A stretch of DNA of 64,000 nt, taken from the NCBI RefSeq assembly GCF_001194135.2, contig NC_068982.1, forward strand, positions 97,418,994 through 97,482,993, read 5' to 3'. The notes below the pieces were generated by a model. It did not search any database. It was not told where the DNA came from and was given only the letters and a program-made list of their open reading frames with translations. This DNA comes from Octopus bimaculoides. Taxonomy: Eukaryota. Both the position numbers and the translations under genes were made by a program. This document shows positions 23,969 to 38,952 of this stretch, piece by piece. Position 1 is the first letter of the stretch; each line of letters starts with the position of its first letter.

Positions 23969-24903
23969 TTCACGTGCGTATACACACATGCACATGTGTG
24001 TACACGTATGTGTGTACACGTATGCGTCTATTTCTGCATGAGCAAAAGATATACTAAAAATTACAAATATTTGTGTGAATTACGAATATGTAATTATATG
24101 AATATAGCAGATACATAAATATATTAATATAATACCACATGAATTCTTAATCACTTTATAAATGTGCAAAAATAAATAAATAAATATATATATATATATG
24201 TATATATGATATTTAAAAAGTGATTTAACCATTGTTTAAAAATTGATTAAAAATTATATGGAAATTAGAAATACCTCATAAATGTTTAAATATATTAAGA
24301 ATAGGGATGTGAGATTTGTATAATAATTGTTGGGTAATGGTTATACGATTACAAATAATTAGGAAAACGTGGAATGCATATTCATATATTTATTTAAATA
24401 AAAGCTTTTCATACACATGCTCATACGCATGTGCACATACACGCACATGCACTCATACACTTATAGGTATAAACGTACAAAATTATATACATATACACGT
24501 CTACACATTTAATTCATATGTATTTAGAAAATTCGCTCAACCATCTACATGCAAGCATACATGCACATACTCCCAAATATGTGTATACGTCACACGTAAT
24601 CCATATGTGTGTGTGTTTGTGTGTATGTGTGTGTGTGTGTGTGTGTTTGTGTGCATGCGTGTGTGTGTGTGTGTGTGCATGCATGCATGTCTGTGTGCGT
24701 GTGTGTGTGAGTGAGTGCATGTGTGTGTGTATAATCCAAATAATAAGACAAAGAAATATTTTAACACATCTTTAACGATCAGTTATAATTGTTTCTGTAC
24801 CAAATCTTCTTACAACGCCAGTTAATACAAAAAATTCGGGCCGTGTCCTTCATCTCGGGTTGAGTCTTTCCTCGTAAATACCCTAACTTTATACCCTACC
24901 AGG

Positions 24904-25015
<112 letters not shown>

Positions 25016-25502
25016 ATAAACACTTCGAAGCGCTCGCAATTATTTTTTATCCTTTAGGTTCAATAAAAAAATATTTACAAGTCATATGCTGTAGTTGAAT
25101 TTAATGGACATTACCCGTTTTCTCGAAATATATGGCTCGCTGAGTCGGTAGATGAGAGCAGAATTCTATACAGGGACTTGTTAGGGCCGTTGTTGCCCTA
25201 CGTTCAATACGAGACGAAGCCAACTTTTTCGTTTATTGCCTACCAGAGGCCAACATAGAAGGGACAGTACAAATGAGGGTCTGAACGACTGATGATACAA
25301 CAAAAAGATGACAGTTAAAAATTAATGATTCGAATGATTACACAATACAAAAGCAATACAATGGAGTGGGGGGGACGGGTTCGACTTCGACTCCATAAGC
25401 CCCGTACCACCACTGAAACTTTTAGTTACTTTTTATGAAATACGCTCATGTAGAATCATTTATTCTCAACATTCGTATTAATTGGTATTAATTCAAGTGA
25501 AA

Positions 25503-25819
25503 GCACGTGGCTTAGCAGTTAGGGTAATCGGCTCACGACCATGAGTCTGTGAGTTCGATTCCCAGCAGTGCGTTTTGTCCTTGAGCAAAACACTTGATTC
25601 CACGTCGCTCCAGTTCACTCAGCTGGCAAAAATGAGTTGTAAGTGTAATTCAAAGGGCTGGTCTTGTCACATTCTGTGTCATGCTGACTCTCCCTGAGAG
25701 CGTAGTTAAGGGTACACGTGTCTGTGGAATGCGCAGCCACTTGCGCGTTAATTTTACGAGCGAACTGTTCCGTTTATCGGATCAACTGGAACCCTCGTCG
25801 TCGTAACCGACGGAGTGCC
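25503..25819 (+). mobile_element. tRNA-derived SINE family B
   Basis: Head GCACGTGGCTTAGCAG...GAGTTCGATTCCC (A/B boxes), core GTCCTTGAGCAAAACACTT, and 3' body ...GGATCAACTGGAACCCTCGTCGTCGTAACCGACGGAGTGCC. Confidence 0.9.
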
Positions 25820-26251
25820 ATTTTTTTTCAATTGCCTGCGTCGCTATATCATCAGGATTGATCATCATGAAAACCATTTGTCTTATGATTTCATTCTCGA
25901 TACTTTAACTTATAAATGCTGATAAAGGAATTTGTCGGATTGTTATCGCCATGTATGCAAACATGATACCTAATGACTATCGGAGATCGAATTGTTGGGA
26001 AAGTAATGATTAACTAGAACATGACAGAATAGATGAGGTTCGCAGTTCAATTAATATTCCCATAAATATTAACCCTTTACCTGTCCAAAGCATTTTCATA
26101 TGTTCGTCCTAAACGTCCGTACTTGTTTTCAAGCTTTTAGTTAGCTCTTGTTTCATATGTTCTGAGTAATATAAGCTCTCCTTTCATAAGTCCCAAGTTA
26201 CTATGATGGTTGAAAAAAAAAAGCAAACTGGGTACATATATATATACATGT

Positions 26252-26325
<74 letters not shown>

Positions 26326-27266
26326 NNNNNNNNNNNNNNNNNNNNNNNNNNNNNNNNNNNNNNNNNNNNNNNNNNNNNNNNNNNNNNNNNNNNNNNNNNN
26401 NNNNNNNNNNNNNNNNNNNNNNNNNNNNNNNNNNNNNNNNNNNNNNNNNNNNNNNNNNNNNNNNNNNNNNNNNNNNNNNNNNNNNNNNNNNNNNNNNNNN
26501 NNNNNNNNNNNNNNNNNNNNNNNNNNNNNNNNNNNNNNNNNNNNNNNNNNNNNNNNNNNNNNNNNNNNNNNNNNNNNNNNNNNNNNNNNNNNNNNNNNNN
26601 NNNNNNNNNNNNNNNNNNNNNNNNNNNNNNNNNNNNNNNNNNNNNNNNNNNNNNNNNNNNNNNNNNNNNNNNNNNNNNNNNNNNNNNNNNNNNNNNNNNN
26701 NNNNNNNNNNNNNNNNNNNNNNNNNNNNNNNNNNNNNNNNNNNNNNNNNNNNNNNNNNNNNNNNNNNNNNNNNNNNNNNNNNNNNNNNNNNNNNNNNNNN
26801 NNNNNNNNNNNNNNNNNNNNNNNNNNNNNNNNNNNNNNNNNNNNNNNNNNNNNNNNNNNNNNNNNNNNNNNNNNNNNNNNNNNNNNNNNNNNNNNNNNNN
26901 NNNNNNNNNNNNNNNNNNNNNNNNNNNNNNNNNNNNNNNNNNNNNNNNNNNNNNNNNNNNNNNNNNNNNNNNNNNNNNNNNNNNNNNNNNNNNNNNNNNN
27001 NNNNNNNNNNNNNNNNNNNNNNNNNNNNNNNNNNNNNNNNNNNNNNNNNNNNNNNNNNNNNNNNNNNNNNNNNNNNNNNNNNNNNNNNNNNNNNNNNNNN
27101 NNNNNNNNNNNNNNNNNNNNNNNNNNNNNNNNNNNNNNNNNNNNNNNNNNNNNNNNNNNNNNNNNNNNNNNNNNNNNNNNNNNNNNNNNNNNNNNNNNNN
27201 NNNNNNNNNNNNNNNNNNNNNNNNNNNNNNNNNNNNNNNNNNNNNNNNNNNNNNNNNNNNNNNNNT

Positions 27267-27300
<34 letters not shown>

Positions 27301-28666
27301 ACATATACACATACCATATATGATACATAGATGCCAGTGAAATATGCCCTTGTATCCGATGTAACACAAAGGATGCAAAGAGTTAATAATAATGCACCAA
27401 AATTTTAGTACTGTGAATATTTATATTTATATTTATTAAAGTGTTTCCCTATGAAATGATGGGTACCGTGTCACAAACAAAGGCTCTTTTATTTGGTGTA
27501 CACACAGTATCCGGAATTATATGTTCTTGCATTGTAGTCTCTTTGCATGAATGCGATGGATGTGTAGCAGTATATATTTGTCTATGCAGAAAATATAAAT
27601 TAAACATTACGTCGTTCAGGTCATGCAATTTCATTTCCTCTTTTTACTTATAAGTCCGAGAAACTGTGGCTCGTTTCTAAAGGAATTATTATTCCGAATT
27701 CTTACGATGATTATTGCGTCCATTATTGCGAGTCAGTAATGATGGCAGAGTCAATAAGATAGCAGGATGGCGATTTCATACCATTTATAAGCAAATGTTC
27801 TAGTCTAAAGACGCAGAATAATAATGTCGGCAAAAAGTCAATTTTCTCTCTAATAATGACGGTGTCTAGACAGGCTTTATTTTCGCACACATTTTTATTC
27901 TTAGCAGCGACTGCTGGGCGTTATGTAGTAAGTAGGAATACTGCTTCTATATATTCAATTTACGCTGTATACGAGCAATTCATTCATCCATCAGAAGTTC
28001 AGTAGCAAAAGAGTATTTTGTATGTTGGTAATGTTTAGTTAATTTGCCAAAACTAGATATTTAACAGTTTTTTTAATACAAAGTATAAAAAGCTTTATGT
28101 TTTATGGTTAAATGTAGTTTTCATAGTTAATTTCTACGTCATTAGTATAATGCAAGTAAAATTTTTTGGTGCCAACTAAATTCAGTTAACTGTTAAAAGC
28201 AAGTCACTGGGACAAAATCATAATTTTTTTTTTATTTTACTTCGATGTTTATGACGTTTATGACGACGTTTATTCATATCGTACCATCAGTTAAGGTAAT
28301 GTAAGAGAAGAAATAGTACTGAGCTAACACTATATATGAATTTATTACTCACGAACATATATGTCTGTGGATTATGTGTGTGTGCGCGGACATTAGCGCA
28401 TGTCAGTGTGTGTTTATAAGTGCACTTTTCCCATTGATAACGGCTAAGAAGTTAGAAACATCAATGTCTGGGAATACGACAGGTGGCAGCACTGGACAGA
28501 TATGGTGTTTTTACACCTTTTTACCATAACAGAGAATCTTTTTCTCCACACTAACTGCAGTAACTGCCTTTAGCAGTTGAAATATGTTACAAACATAATT
28601 TAACTAATTTAAAGTTCGCTTATGCCTAAACACTGCTTTGCGCCGGTATTTTTGTAATGTACGTAC

Positions 28667-28698
<32 letters not shown>

Positions 28699-28771
28699 NN
28701 NNNNNNNNNNNNNNNNNNNNNNNNNNNNNNNNNNNNNNNNNNNNNNNNNNNNNNNNNNNNNNNNNNNATAT

Positions 28772-28802
<31 letters not shown>

Positions 28803-28842
28803 TATGCATATATGCATATATAGATACATATATATGTATACG

Positions 28843-28874
<32 letters not shown>

Positions 28875-29076
28875 CTATATATATATACTATATATATATA
28901 TATTATATGCATATATTATATATAAATATACATAATATATATTATATATATATATACATATTATATACATATACATAAATATATATAATATGCATTATAT
29001 ATATGTATATATATGTATATATATACATACATACATATATGTATGTATATATATGTATACACACATAGATAGATAA

Positions 29077-29142
<66 letters not shown>

Positions 29143-30429
29143 GGAGAGATAGAGAGATACACACACAGACACATGCATATATACACACACATTGATATAT
29201 ATATCGCGCATGTGTATGCGGAAACGTCACCCTAGTATCTAACCAAAACTATATTAAGTAAAATTAAGTGAGAAATGCTTCTGTTGAGAAAAATCATTCG
29301 GGAGACAAAAGTCTGTAATGAGAGGCAAAAGCATTGCACGGGTCACCCATTTTACTGTTGGGTGCTATAGCACAATAAAGAATAGCAGAGAAATGTTAAT
29401 TTATGTGGGTGCAAGGCCGAACACTGGGAAGGGCGGGTCAGAGTTGAATGAACGAAGTCAAGTACATGGTAAATCTTTATTTCATCGACTCCAACTTGAC
29501 CGTAATTCAGATTACAGGATTAAATACTGAAATACATCTAGTAATATAGTTGTCTCAATGACTGAATAGTAACAAGAGCTCAATGACGTACGTCGATTGC
29601 TTTAAATCGCTTAATAAAATATGGATGCTTCCATAATCTTAAACTAAATTCTCAACATTCCTTGACGAATTCGCTACTCTAACGTCATGAATGAATGCTC
29701 AACATAATGATAGGCTACGTTTGTAAGATTAACACTTCTCAAAACTATCTGGCTTCATGCAAATTCTTTTCCTAAACTTGAGTTTGTTTATACTAGTCAA
29801 GTAACATTAAACTATTGCAGCCGTTGTTTCTATAAGTGATTATAATTAACATGATAGTAATGATGAAAATGATGGTGTTGTTATGACGAGAAAAAAATCA
29901 ATTGTTTCATACAGCAAACCTGAAATAATGATCAAAGTAATTATTAAATGAAAACAATATGAGGAAGTTGTGACCGGTGTAGGTGACTCATTGAAGCGGG
30001 ATTTGGTTGAAATGATAAGTTGGTAAATCAAAACAATCTAAATATGAGATGACCGGACGACAGGAAATGATGTTCCAACAGGTTTGACCAGGTGGATTAT
30101 TAAATTCAGATTGTGTAAGAGCATGAAGCTGACACCAAGTTGATCTCTTATATAAGCATGAACTATCAAATGAGTATAAAATATTAAGGGAAAGTGGAAA
30201 TGTTTTATGACTTTATTGACAGCAACCACTTTATATGTATTTTAGGAAACACTTAACTGTTAACATGATCTGAAACACGTATTGAATTTAATAATCAACA
30301 CTTCTCATAAATTTTGAGATATCAGGAAATTTAGTTTATGTGCTAATTAATGGCTAGAATGGCTCTTCCCTGGAACAATTGTTTCGGTTTTCAAATCACT
30401 GCTAAATAAGTACATCTTCAAAACTTGTC

Positions 30430-30960
30430 TTGTTTATCTATCTTAATCCGTTATTGTTTGGCACTTTACTTTTCATTTATCTTTAATAAACGTTCTATGA
30501 CAATAATTAATCTCTCCCCACCAACCAATCCCTACCTACTACTTAACGATTCTGACTTCGCTTCGTCTCGTCTTTATAACTTGGTGACAACTAGTCTGCT
30601 ATTTGGAATTATTAAATAAGTCTATAATCCCAACTAAAAACTTATAGTAGGAAGTCATATAATACCTTAAGTGGCTTCTGCAATTGCAATGAACGTAACC
30701 CATCTCGAAGCCATGGAGAGACGGACCATAAACGTCTACAACGTGTTGAATGAGGTTTTGTGTCCAGTAAGAGAAGCTCTACAGTGACGGTTCCGCTATA
30801 AGGCACACGGCTCACTTTCCGTGAGTAAGCTTATAACATCGCCTTGTTTAGGATCATCATTTGGTGCTTGAATGACTTCAGATATCACGGCCTCTTCATA
30901 CAGCACTTTTGACTGCTTTTTTCTTAATAGAGTGCCTCACATCCAACATCACGCACCAAT
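30430..30960 (+). mobile_element. Possible very old CR1/L2-type LINE 3' remnant
   Basis: A weak motif, (W)ASA...THLEAMERRTINV, resembles the post-RT WAGAS..HL..L..IQRRAIR segment; there are many stops and no core RT motif was seen. Confidence 0.22.
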
Positions 30961-31625
30961 AAATTAGCCAAAATGATATTTCTCTATCTATTTCTGCAGA
31001 CGTCAAACCTGCAGAGGTTAAAACTGAATATAAATTTCATCGATCTCAACAGATTGAGAAAATCTGAAAATGTCAAGGACATTATCCTTCAACTCTGTTT
31101 GGCCAATAACAACTATAAGAAACAGTTTTTTTCCATCTGTAGCTCGCGAAAATTTTCCCACCACACCATAGACTTCCAGCATACTGACATAACTATTTTT
31201 AGCTGCAGAGGCATCAATTTCTAATTGTGTCTTTTACTCGATGTTTTCTGATGTAAGATAAAAATCTTAGTTTTCTGTGCTGACATCTTATTGTTTTGAT
31301 GCACAAGTTAATTTCAGCTTTCAAACATGTACAACTGTTTTAATATCTCTATAAATTCCTTTCAAAAACTATATCTACAACAATCAACAAAACAATATTT
31401 ATGAGTATTAAACTCTTAGATCAACGAGGTATTTTCCCTCTATCCAAGCTATATCCACAGAAAGAATTGCTCTCAGTATAATTCAAGTTAACGAAACACT
31501 TATCGCTTTTACAGACTCTCACTGATAGGCACAGTGGGCTGTTTCTACCTTGCATCTATTTTCGGTAATGTGAACTTAGGTGAGATTGAAGTATTTTGGT
31601 CACGAACGTAGCTAGAACCGTCACT

Positions 31626-31678
<53 letters not shown>

Positions 31679-33551
31679 TTAACAATAGATGTAGCATTTG
31701 AAGAATGTTGAGTACTGTTAGAAAACCTTTTATTCGACTACACACACAAGTTTGGTCCTCATACCTTCTCTTGGACGTTTTGTAAGGCAAGTAGTTTCAA
31801 CTAAATGTGTTACAGATTTGAGCTGAAATTATTGTACTCCTCAACCGTTCGCAGCAACATTTTTTTGAAAAATAATATTGTAGTGTGAACTATGAAGTGG
31901 CAGAAACAAAAGGGTGTCTAATTTAATAGTATTCAATGCTGGAAACCTGGCATACACAAATCCAAAGAAGCTATCTTCCACATTGCTAAAATTATACTGG
32001 AATTATGTCTTTCGCCAAATCATTTTTCATTTAGCTTTATATCGTTGTTTGCATACATTTACATCGCTTTAGGAAACATCGTAGATAAGCTCTTTACCCA
32101 CTCGTGATCCGGACATCACTTCCTCATCCTAAATTCTACGCTGAACCTTTATTTTTTCTATTTCGTTTGTTCATTTCCTTAAAGTATTGACTTCTGTCAC
32201 TTTGTTTTTTCAATGAAGTATTTTGATTGTATGAAAAAGTAACGGCAGTTATTTTGTAACAGACTCATCCGTTTATATAATTCTTTTAAACAAAGTGAAT
32301 TTTCAAATAACTGCAAATAAATAGACGAACACTTTTGCGATAAGACTAATATAAACGTTGCATTTCCGTCTACACTTCTTATAACTACACCAGTTTAATA
32401 CCAGTCACTATTGTAGATAGATCTATACGTTCTGTTGGCTGACAACAAATCGGATTACTTCTGTCATGTCGTCAGTTTTCAGGATTAGTTTAAGATGAAA
32501 TCATTAAAGATTTAGACACATCAATCGTTTTATTATCATTTTTATTATTCGTTATCTTCTGAACAGCCCTGTTCTTTCTTTTCCATACACGCATATATCA
32601 AGAAGCGCAGATACAAATGCTCTCAAACGTACACGCCTATACATCGTTATATCTTCATTTCTCACTCCTTTCACTCGATTTAATCTGCCATGTGAAACAT
32701 TTAAAGATGGAAACTATTGCTAGTTGCAAAAAAAAAAGAAAAAATTAACTGTTCCAAACAAAACAATACTATAATAAAAGTGAAATGCAAGAGATAAAAA
32801 AAAATGAAAAAACAATCTAAATATTTTAATCCAATGAATATATTCAACCGGAAACAACTTTCAATGAATGCTCAATTTAAAATGGCGGCATTTGGAGAGA
32901 TGCTGACTTTATGGAAGAATACTTCTGAAATTGAGAGTAGTTTTACTTTTGAACAAAAGAATAAGAAAATAGTTTGTGGAAGAATTGGTTATAATTAGCT
33001 TCAAAATAATAAGCAGGAATGACTCACAGATTTATATAATTATCATGGTATTGATTTACAGGAATTTTAACCTGGAAAATATAACAACCTACAGTTAATG
33101 ATTTTCTATAAGCAAGGAAAAAAGTGAATTGGTGTTACTTTAGGTATAGGCAAAAAACAAAAGCAAAAAGGCATCTATCCATTTATTTACCATCCATCCA
33201 TCCATCTATCCATCCGTCGGTCGGTCGGTCGGTCGGTCGGTCCGTCCGTCTGTCTGTCTGTCTGTCTGTCTGTCCATCGATCCATTTGTTCAGCTGTTTG
33301 GCTGTTTGTCCGTCTATCTGTTTGTCTGTCTGCCTGTTTGTGTCTCTGAATCTCTGACTGCTGTTGACTGACGACTTTCTTTGCTTATCTGATATATAAC
33401 GTTTTGTCATTCCGTTTGTCTGTTTGATTGTCGGTTTGTTTGTTTGTATGATTGTTGGAGTGTAATCAGTCAGCATTTCAACTAATTTTTCTACTTACAC
33501 ATTTATCTAACCCTATGTATTTGGTCGAACACTTCTGAGCGCGCGCGCACG

Positions 33552-33597
<46 letters not shown>

Positions 33598-34962
33598 TTT
33601 GTATGTGTATGTGTGTGATTCTGTGTTTCTGTCAGCTTGCTTGGCAGTACGTTTGTATGTACACATGTATGTTATAGTTTGAATCATTGATATTTCCATG
33701 TATACTAATATTTCATAAATTACAGATAACGATCTCTATAGTATTGTTCGAATCATAGAAGTATCCCACATCAGATCAGCCATCACACTCTATGATAGTT
33801 GGCAGCTATTCCTATCTGAATGCTAAATGATAATATTTTACACTCTTTGTTAACGTTTTTATTTTCATAAATATTTTAGCAGACTCGATTGCAGTGGAGA
33901 AGCAGATACGTTGTACTAATTCTTTCATCACATATTTCGTACATCTGTGTTCAAATTTTGTTATGATCAGCTCTTTCTTTAAGTTCTCCTGAAGGTTGAT
34001 AAAAGAATTAGAGGTATCTCCTGCGGTAATGTTAGATGACTAAATCTTTCGTCTATAATTTGCGGCCTTGTGCTAGTATGAAATGTCAATATTTTGGCTA
34101 CTTTCACCATGTTGGCAGAAACTGGAAGAAAGCCAGATTAACTGCCTTAAAATGTATTTAGTTTCATCTTGTAGTACAAAGTAATATAATGGGGCTAATT
34201 TAATAGATTAAATCTCCTCCTCAGCAAAATTTGGCTTTATGCCTGGAAAAAAGAGATCGATATTTGAGGAACATTTGGTGGCAACCTCTGTATAGCAATG
34301 ATAAGCTTCCGGTGAACTGAATCCGCGATTTGGCTTCGATTTCAAGTTGAAACAAATTCTTTTTAGTTGCACCGCTCTTAATCTTTCTAAGCACATCAGC
34401 AGTAAAAGTAGAAAGAATGAACCATCTTATTTCCGCCTACTAAAATTTTCTAGCCTTATTCCTGAGTCAGTAATCAGTATTTTAAGCATTCGCATCGGAG
34501 AACCATGTAAAGCTAGAGATAAGTTCTCAGGATAACGACAATGCGGTACAGTTTCATCGTTCATTTGAAGCTTTCGTTTCACATTACTTTCACCAGCGAT
34601 ACCTTTGAAAACATATGAACACCACAACTACACATTTACTTGTTCCAGAATATGCATTGTTTATACTTAGTCCAACGGAAACAAATATGCCGGTATTCAC
34701 ACGACAATGCTATTGACCACATTTCTGAATTTATTTGAAGCTTCATTGGATAAAATGTTGTATACAAATTAGTAAATTTAAAGGTAAAACTAAGATCGTA
34801 AATTCTAATATTCTTATTTTTGCATTTTAATAATTTTCTTCTGATTTCTAATGCTTTCAAACAGTAATAAATGTGTAGACGAGAAATATAGTCGCTTGAA
34901 CCAACCCTAGTGATTTACACGTGTTTATTTTATACAAACATAAAAGGCAAAGTCATCCCTAC

Positions 34963-35133
34963 CAGGATCGTCTTAAAGAATAGGCACACTGCATAGTTGC
35001 CCAGGCACCTCACAGATTTAGGAGCAAAATTCTGATCTATGTATTCTGCGGATTCCTGTCAATAAACAAATACTATAGAGCCTATAGAGCATTCATTTAC
35101 TCCGGGGCCTATAATGTTGCTAAGATGGTCCTG
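34963..35133. mobile_element. Small hAT-type MITE
   Basis: Imperfect TIRs CAGGATCGTCTTA / TAAGATGGTCCTG; flanks ATCCCTAC and CTCCCTAG form a 6/8-matching TSD. Confidence 0.65.
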
Positions 35134-36317
35134 CTCCCTAGTAAGATTTTAATCCAGACTCTAAAGAGTTATATGCAATGCATTTAATCTGGCATCCTAT
35201 AGTATCTACTAAAACACCTTCGCTGTTGAAGCACTATTAATATACAACAAGACCTTATGTTTGTATCCTAATTTGGTGGGGGGAAAAAAGTAGTACAGCT
35301 ATCTCTTTTTTTTTTTTCGCCGATCTTATTTGTAAGATAATTCAAAACAAGTAAGTGAGAATTTGCGAATATTATGTCTTTCATAAAGGGGATATTTAAA
35401 CCAATATAAACGCGAATCAAAACTAATTATGACATCGGTGATTCGTTAAGAATCAACTATTAACAGAAGGAAAATATGTCGTTTATTTATTCTTCTGAGA
35501 AAACTTAGCCTAATACAGATCTCAAAATTTTAAGTATCCAAGCCTCTGTTAATAATTTTGTAAATTTCCATGAACAGAAATGAAGAAATTTCCAAAGAAA
35601 GAAAAATACAGAAATGATATATTGCGAAATTTTGAAAATTCCTTTAATAAAAGGTTCCTCACAGTCTTAGAATTCCGATAAAATTCTAAAATTTGAATCC
35701 ACGTTGAGTTTATTGGAACTAATTACCACTTTGCAAAGAAATTAATTAATAGTCAATTGTAGTAGTCATTAAATCAGCAAGCTTTTAAAGCCATCTTTCT
35801 CATGGAGTGTTTAAGGTCAACGACAGCTATTCGCCATTTATCGTCAGTAGTCGAATGTGAGCAGTAATTATGAGCTGTCGATGTCGGAAACGAACTCTAA
35901 CCAATATGCTGGATTAAAGCCCAAATCTCTGTTGCTTAATTTTATATATTTGTATAGATCCAGTTTGATTCAACATGACTTCACGCAGATGCTTGTATAA
36001 CCTAGTTTGCATTTCGATGAGTTATTTTATCAATCTGTCAGTATAGCCAACTTATCCTCAGAGATCTCACTGTTGACTTGTTACTGTAACTATTGCAAGA
36101 TTGATTTATAATATAACAGCTACACACATATTCTATCCTTGTCTCAATGTAAAGTCATTCTCTGGTATTGATTGTGTGGAAAATATTACATATGACAGTG
36201 AGTTTGTCGGTAGTTGAGCCAGGATTTTAAGAGCAACTGTGAAAACTCTTCTCTAATAGATGAGAAACTTCAGAGGAGTAGTGACATGGTTAAGCACAAA
36301 CTGAACATGTCTATCTC

Positions 36318-36389
<72 letters not shown>

Positions 36390-38859
36390 ATGCGCGCGCG
36401 AAGGGGATTACATTACATTGAGAATATTGTCAAACCATTAATGACTACATATTCTGAAAAGAGATGATTAGCAGAAACAAGGGACTCATAAGATTACCGC
36501 GATCCTCAAATATCCGTAATGGCCTTAGATATTTGATTTGGAAGACTTGAATTATCTATCCTATTTTTCTTCAGGTATCTTCGAGAAAATATTGGAGTGA
36601 ATGGATCGCTAATTTAATTTATTTGTTACGAAATGCTTTTGTTACAAAACTTTAACGCTTTCCAGGCACAATTTGTCTTTACTATTCTTTTCTAATTTTA
36701 GCTATTTTTCAACTCACTCATTCATTGAGTTGCTGTTATCCGAGAGCATTTTAACAGACATCACTTAATATTAACATTGCGTAACTGAGTTTTTTGTATG
36801 TTTGTAATGTCTTTTTATTTCATCTATTCATTCATTCATTCTTCCTTCTTTATTCATTTGTTTTCCGCTATATTTCATTGTAGTTGTTCTAGTTTCGGTT
36901 CTTTTACAACAAGCCTTAAGCAGAAAAGAAGGAATTTCAGAACGTGAAAACAATTATCGTCAGGCATCAAAACCAAAAATTATCTGTAAAGAATGCTTTA
37001 ATTAATAAAAGGATTGCTTTAAATGGAACTTTCTAATTAAATCTATTTGTACATTTTTCAACAACTCAATTCAGTTCTGAATTTTTCACGTTGTATGCTA
37101 CAATATATTTTATATGCAGAATCATGTCTGCTAATCGAAAAAGTAATTAACGCATCATTTCTAACGAACTTATTGAGGGTATGCATGTCTGTGTCTGTGT
37201 GTCTGTGTTTGCATGCGTGTGTGTTTCTTTTCTCGTAATAAATCAGTTAACAATACTTCTCTCAGCTTTGTGTAACAATAATACGTTTATCAAGCAAAAA
37301 TAAATAAATAAATAAATAAATAAATAAAATAAATAATAAAATTTGTAACTAAATGCAAGACTTCAATATATTTAAGTGAGGATTATGTACTAACATAAGA
37401 AATTAGCAATATAATTGAAGATTCGAAAGAAAGCGAAATCATGTCAACATCACAGGAAAGTTGATGCTTGTCTCCGATTCAATAACACTGATTTATCTCT
37501 CAAAATATTGACTTCTTTAGAATAAATCTTACACATTTTTTAGAGAGGAATGTTGTGATTTTAATATCTTCCTATGGACATTAGTAAAATAACTACAGGG
37601 CTACTGCAGCGATCGGTCATGGAAACTAACTGGTATATTTCATTTATATTAATATATATCAAAACTCTGCTTTTCAGACAAGGTAAAACTTGTAGTACTT
37701 TGGGAAAATTAAGTGACTAAAGTTCGTATTTTGGGTGAATTTAAATGTCTAAAGTTTGTGAAGGTAAATTGAATTTGCTATAATTTAGTATCATGAATCT
37801 TCAGTTCCCGGTTCACACATTAATTTCTGTTAAATTAGGGTCAAATGGACTATATTCTAGGAGAGGCATAAATGTGAACGCATGGAATTTATACTTTTAA
37901 AATGGTAAATTGAAGTAAAATCGAGATTGAAACCGTAACGTAGTCTTAGCTTGCTTTCTTTATGCTCTCCGACTATTTCTTTAAATTTTGAACTCTATAC
38001 TCTATGCAAGTTCATAAAAGTTTGTGGAGCATTAACAGTCGACATCATCGACTATTTTTGGGAAAATAAAATTCAAAGTCCATTGCAATGAGAATTGGAC
38101 TCAGAGAACATTACGATTAAAATCATATACCATTCAGTTTAAAGGAATAGGAGTCTGTAGTAGCATTTATACTATAGTTCACTTTAAATATCTGAACACT
38201 GCCAGGTTAAATGGATAAAATATTATATTTCATTTCATTAGGTTTAAAGATAAACTTTCATATGACTTAGGAAGCTGCGATTAGACTAGTATAAACGGAT
38301 ATTAAAAAGGATATTATCTTCGATCCAAACAATGTGGTGGCGGTAGTACAGATATTTATGTGATCCCTGTATCTTGCAATTTATTTCAATTTTCCAGCAT
38401 AAAACATCGATACACAATATTTACGACTAATACTGTAATTGTTTGTATCCTATTTTTAGGTCCTTGTATTATATTCAAAATTATGTTAATTTATCTGAAA
38501 CTCTGTATTTGATTTTACAGTTATGCTGTCTTAGATCCCCACCACACACCCTTTCACTGAAAATTAATTGATTTAGTATTTCCTCGGGTCTTTCTGCAAA
38601 TTGCATTATTTAAAAAGCCGAACTTTGGCGAAACTTCGAATTCTCAACATTTTAATACATATTTAACTTTACAATTTGTACAAAGAATTTATTTCCCTTA
38701 CCACGTCTCTCCCCACCCCTCTTTATTTCTCTCTGTCTCTTCTGTCTGTCTCTCTCTGTATATACATATATATACATATATACATATATATAACATTATA
38801 AACACGTATATATATATATTATATATATATATAAATTATATATATATCATTATGATCAC

Positions 38860-38952
<93 letters not shown>

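Noticed and set aside
29195-29240. CGCA-TGTGTA-TGCG-GAAACGTC resembling the 3' half of a hammerhead
   Set aside because: No CTGANGA core upstream; the hairpin derives from dinucleotide repeat sequence.
37660-37688. 5-nt micro-exon-like TTTTCAG|ACAAG|GTAAAA
   Set aside because: Too short to distinguish from chance without expression data.
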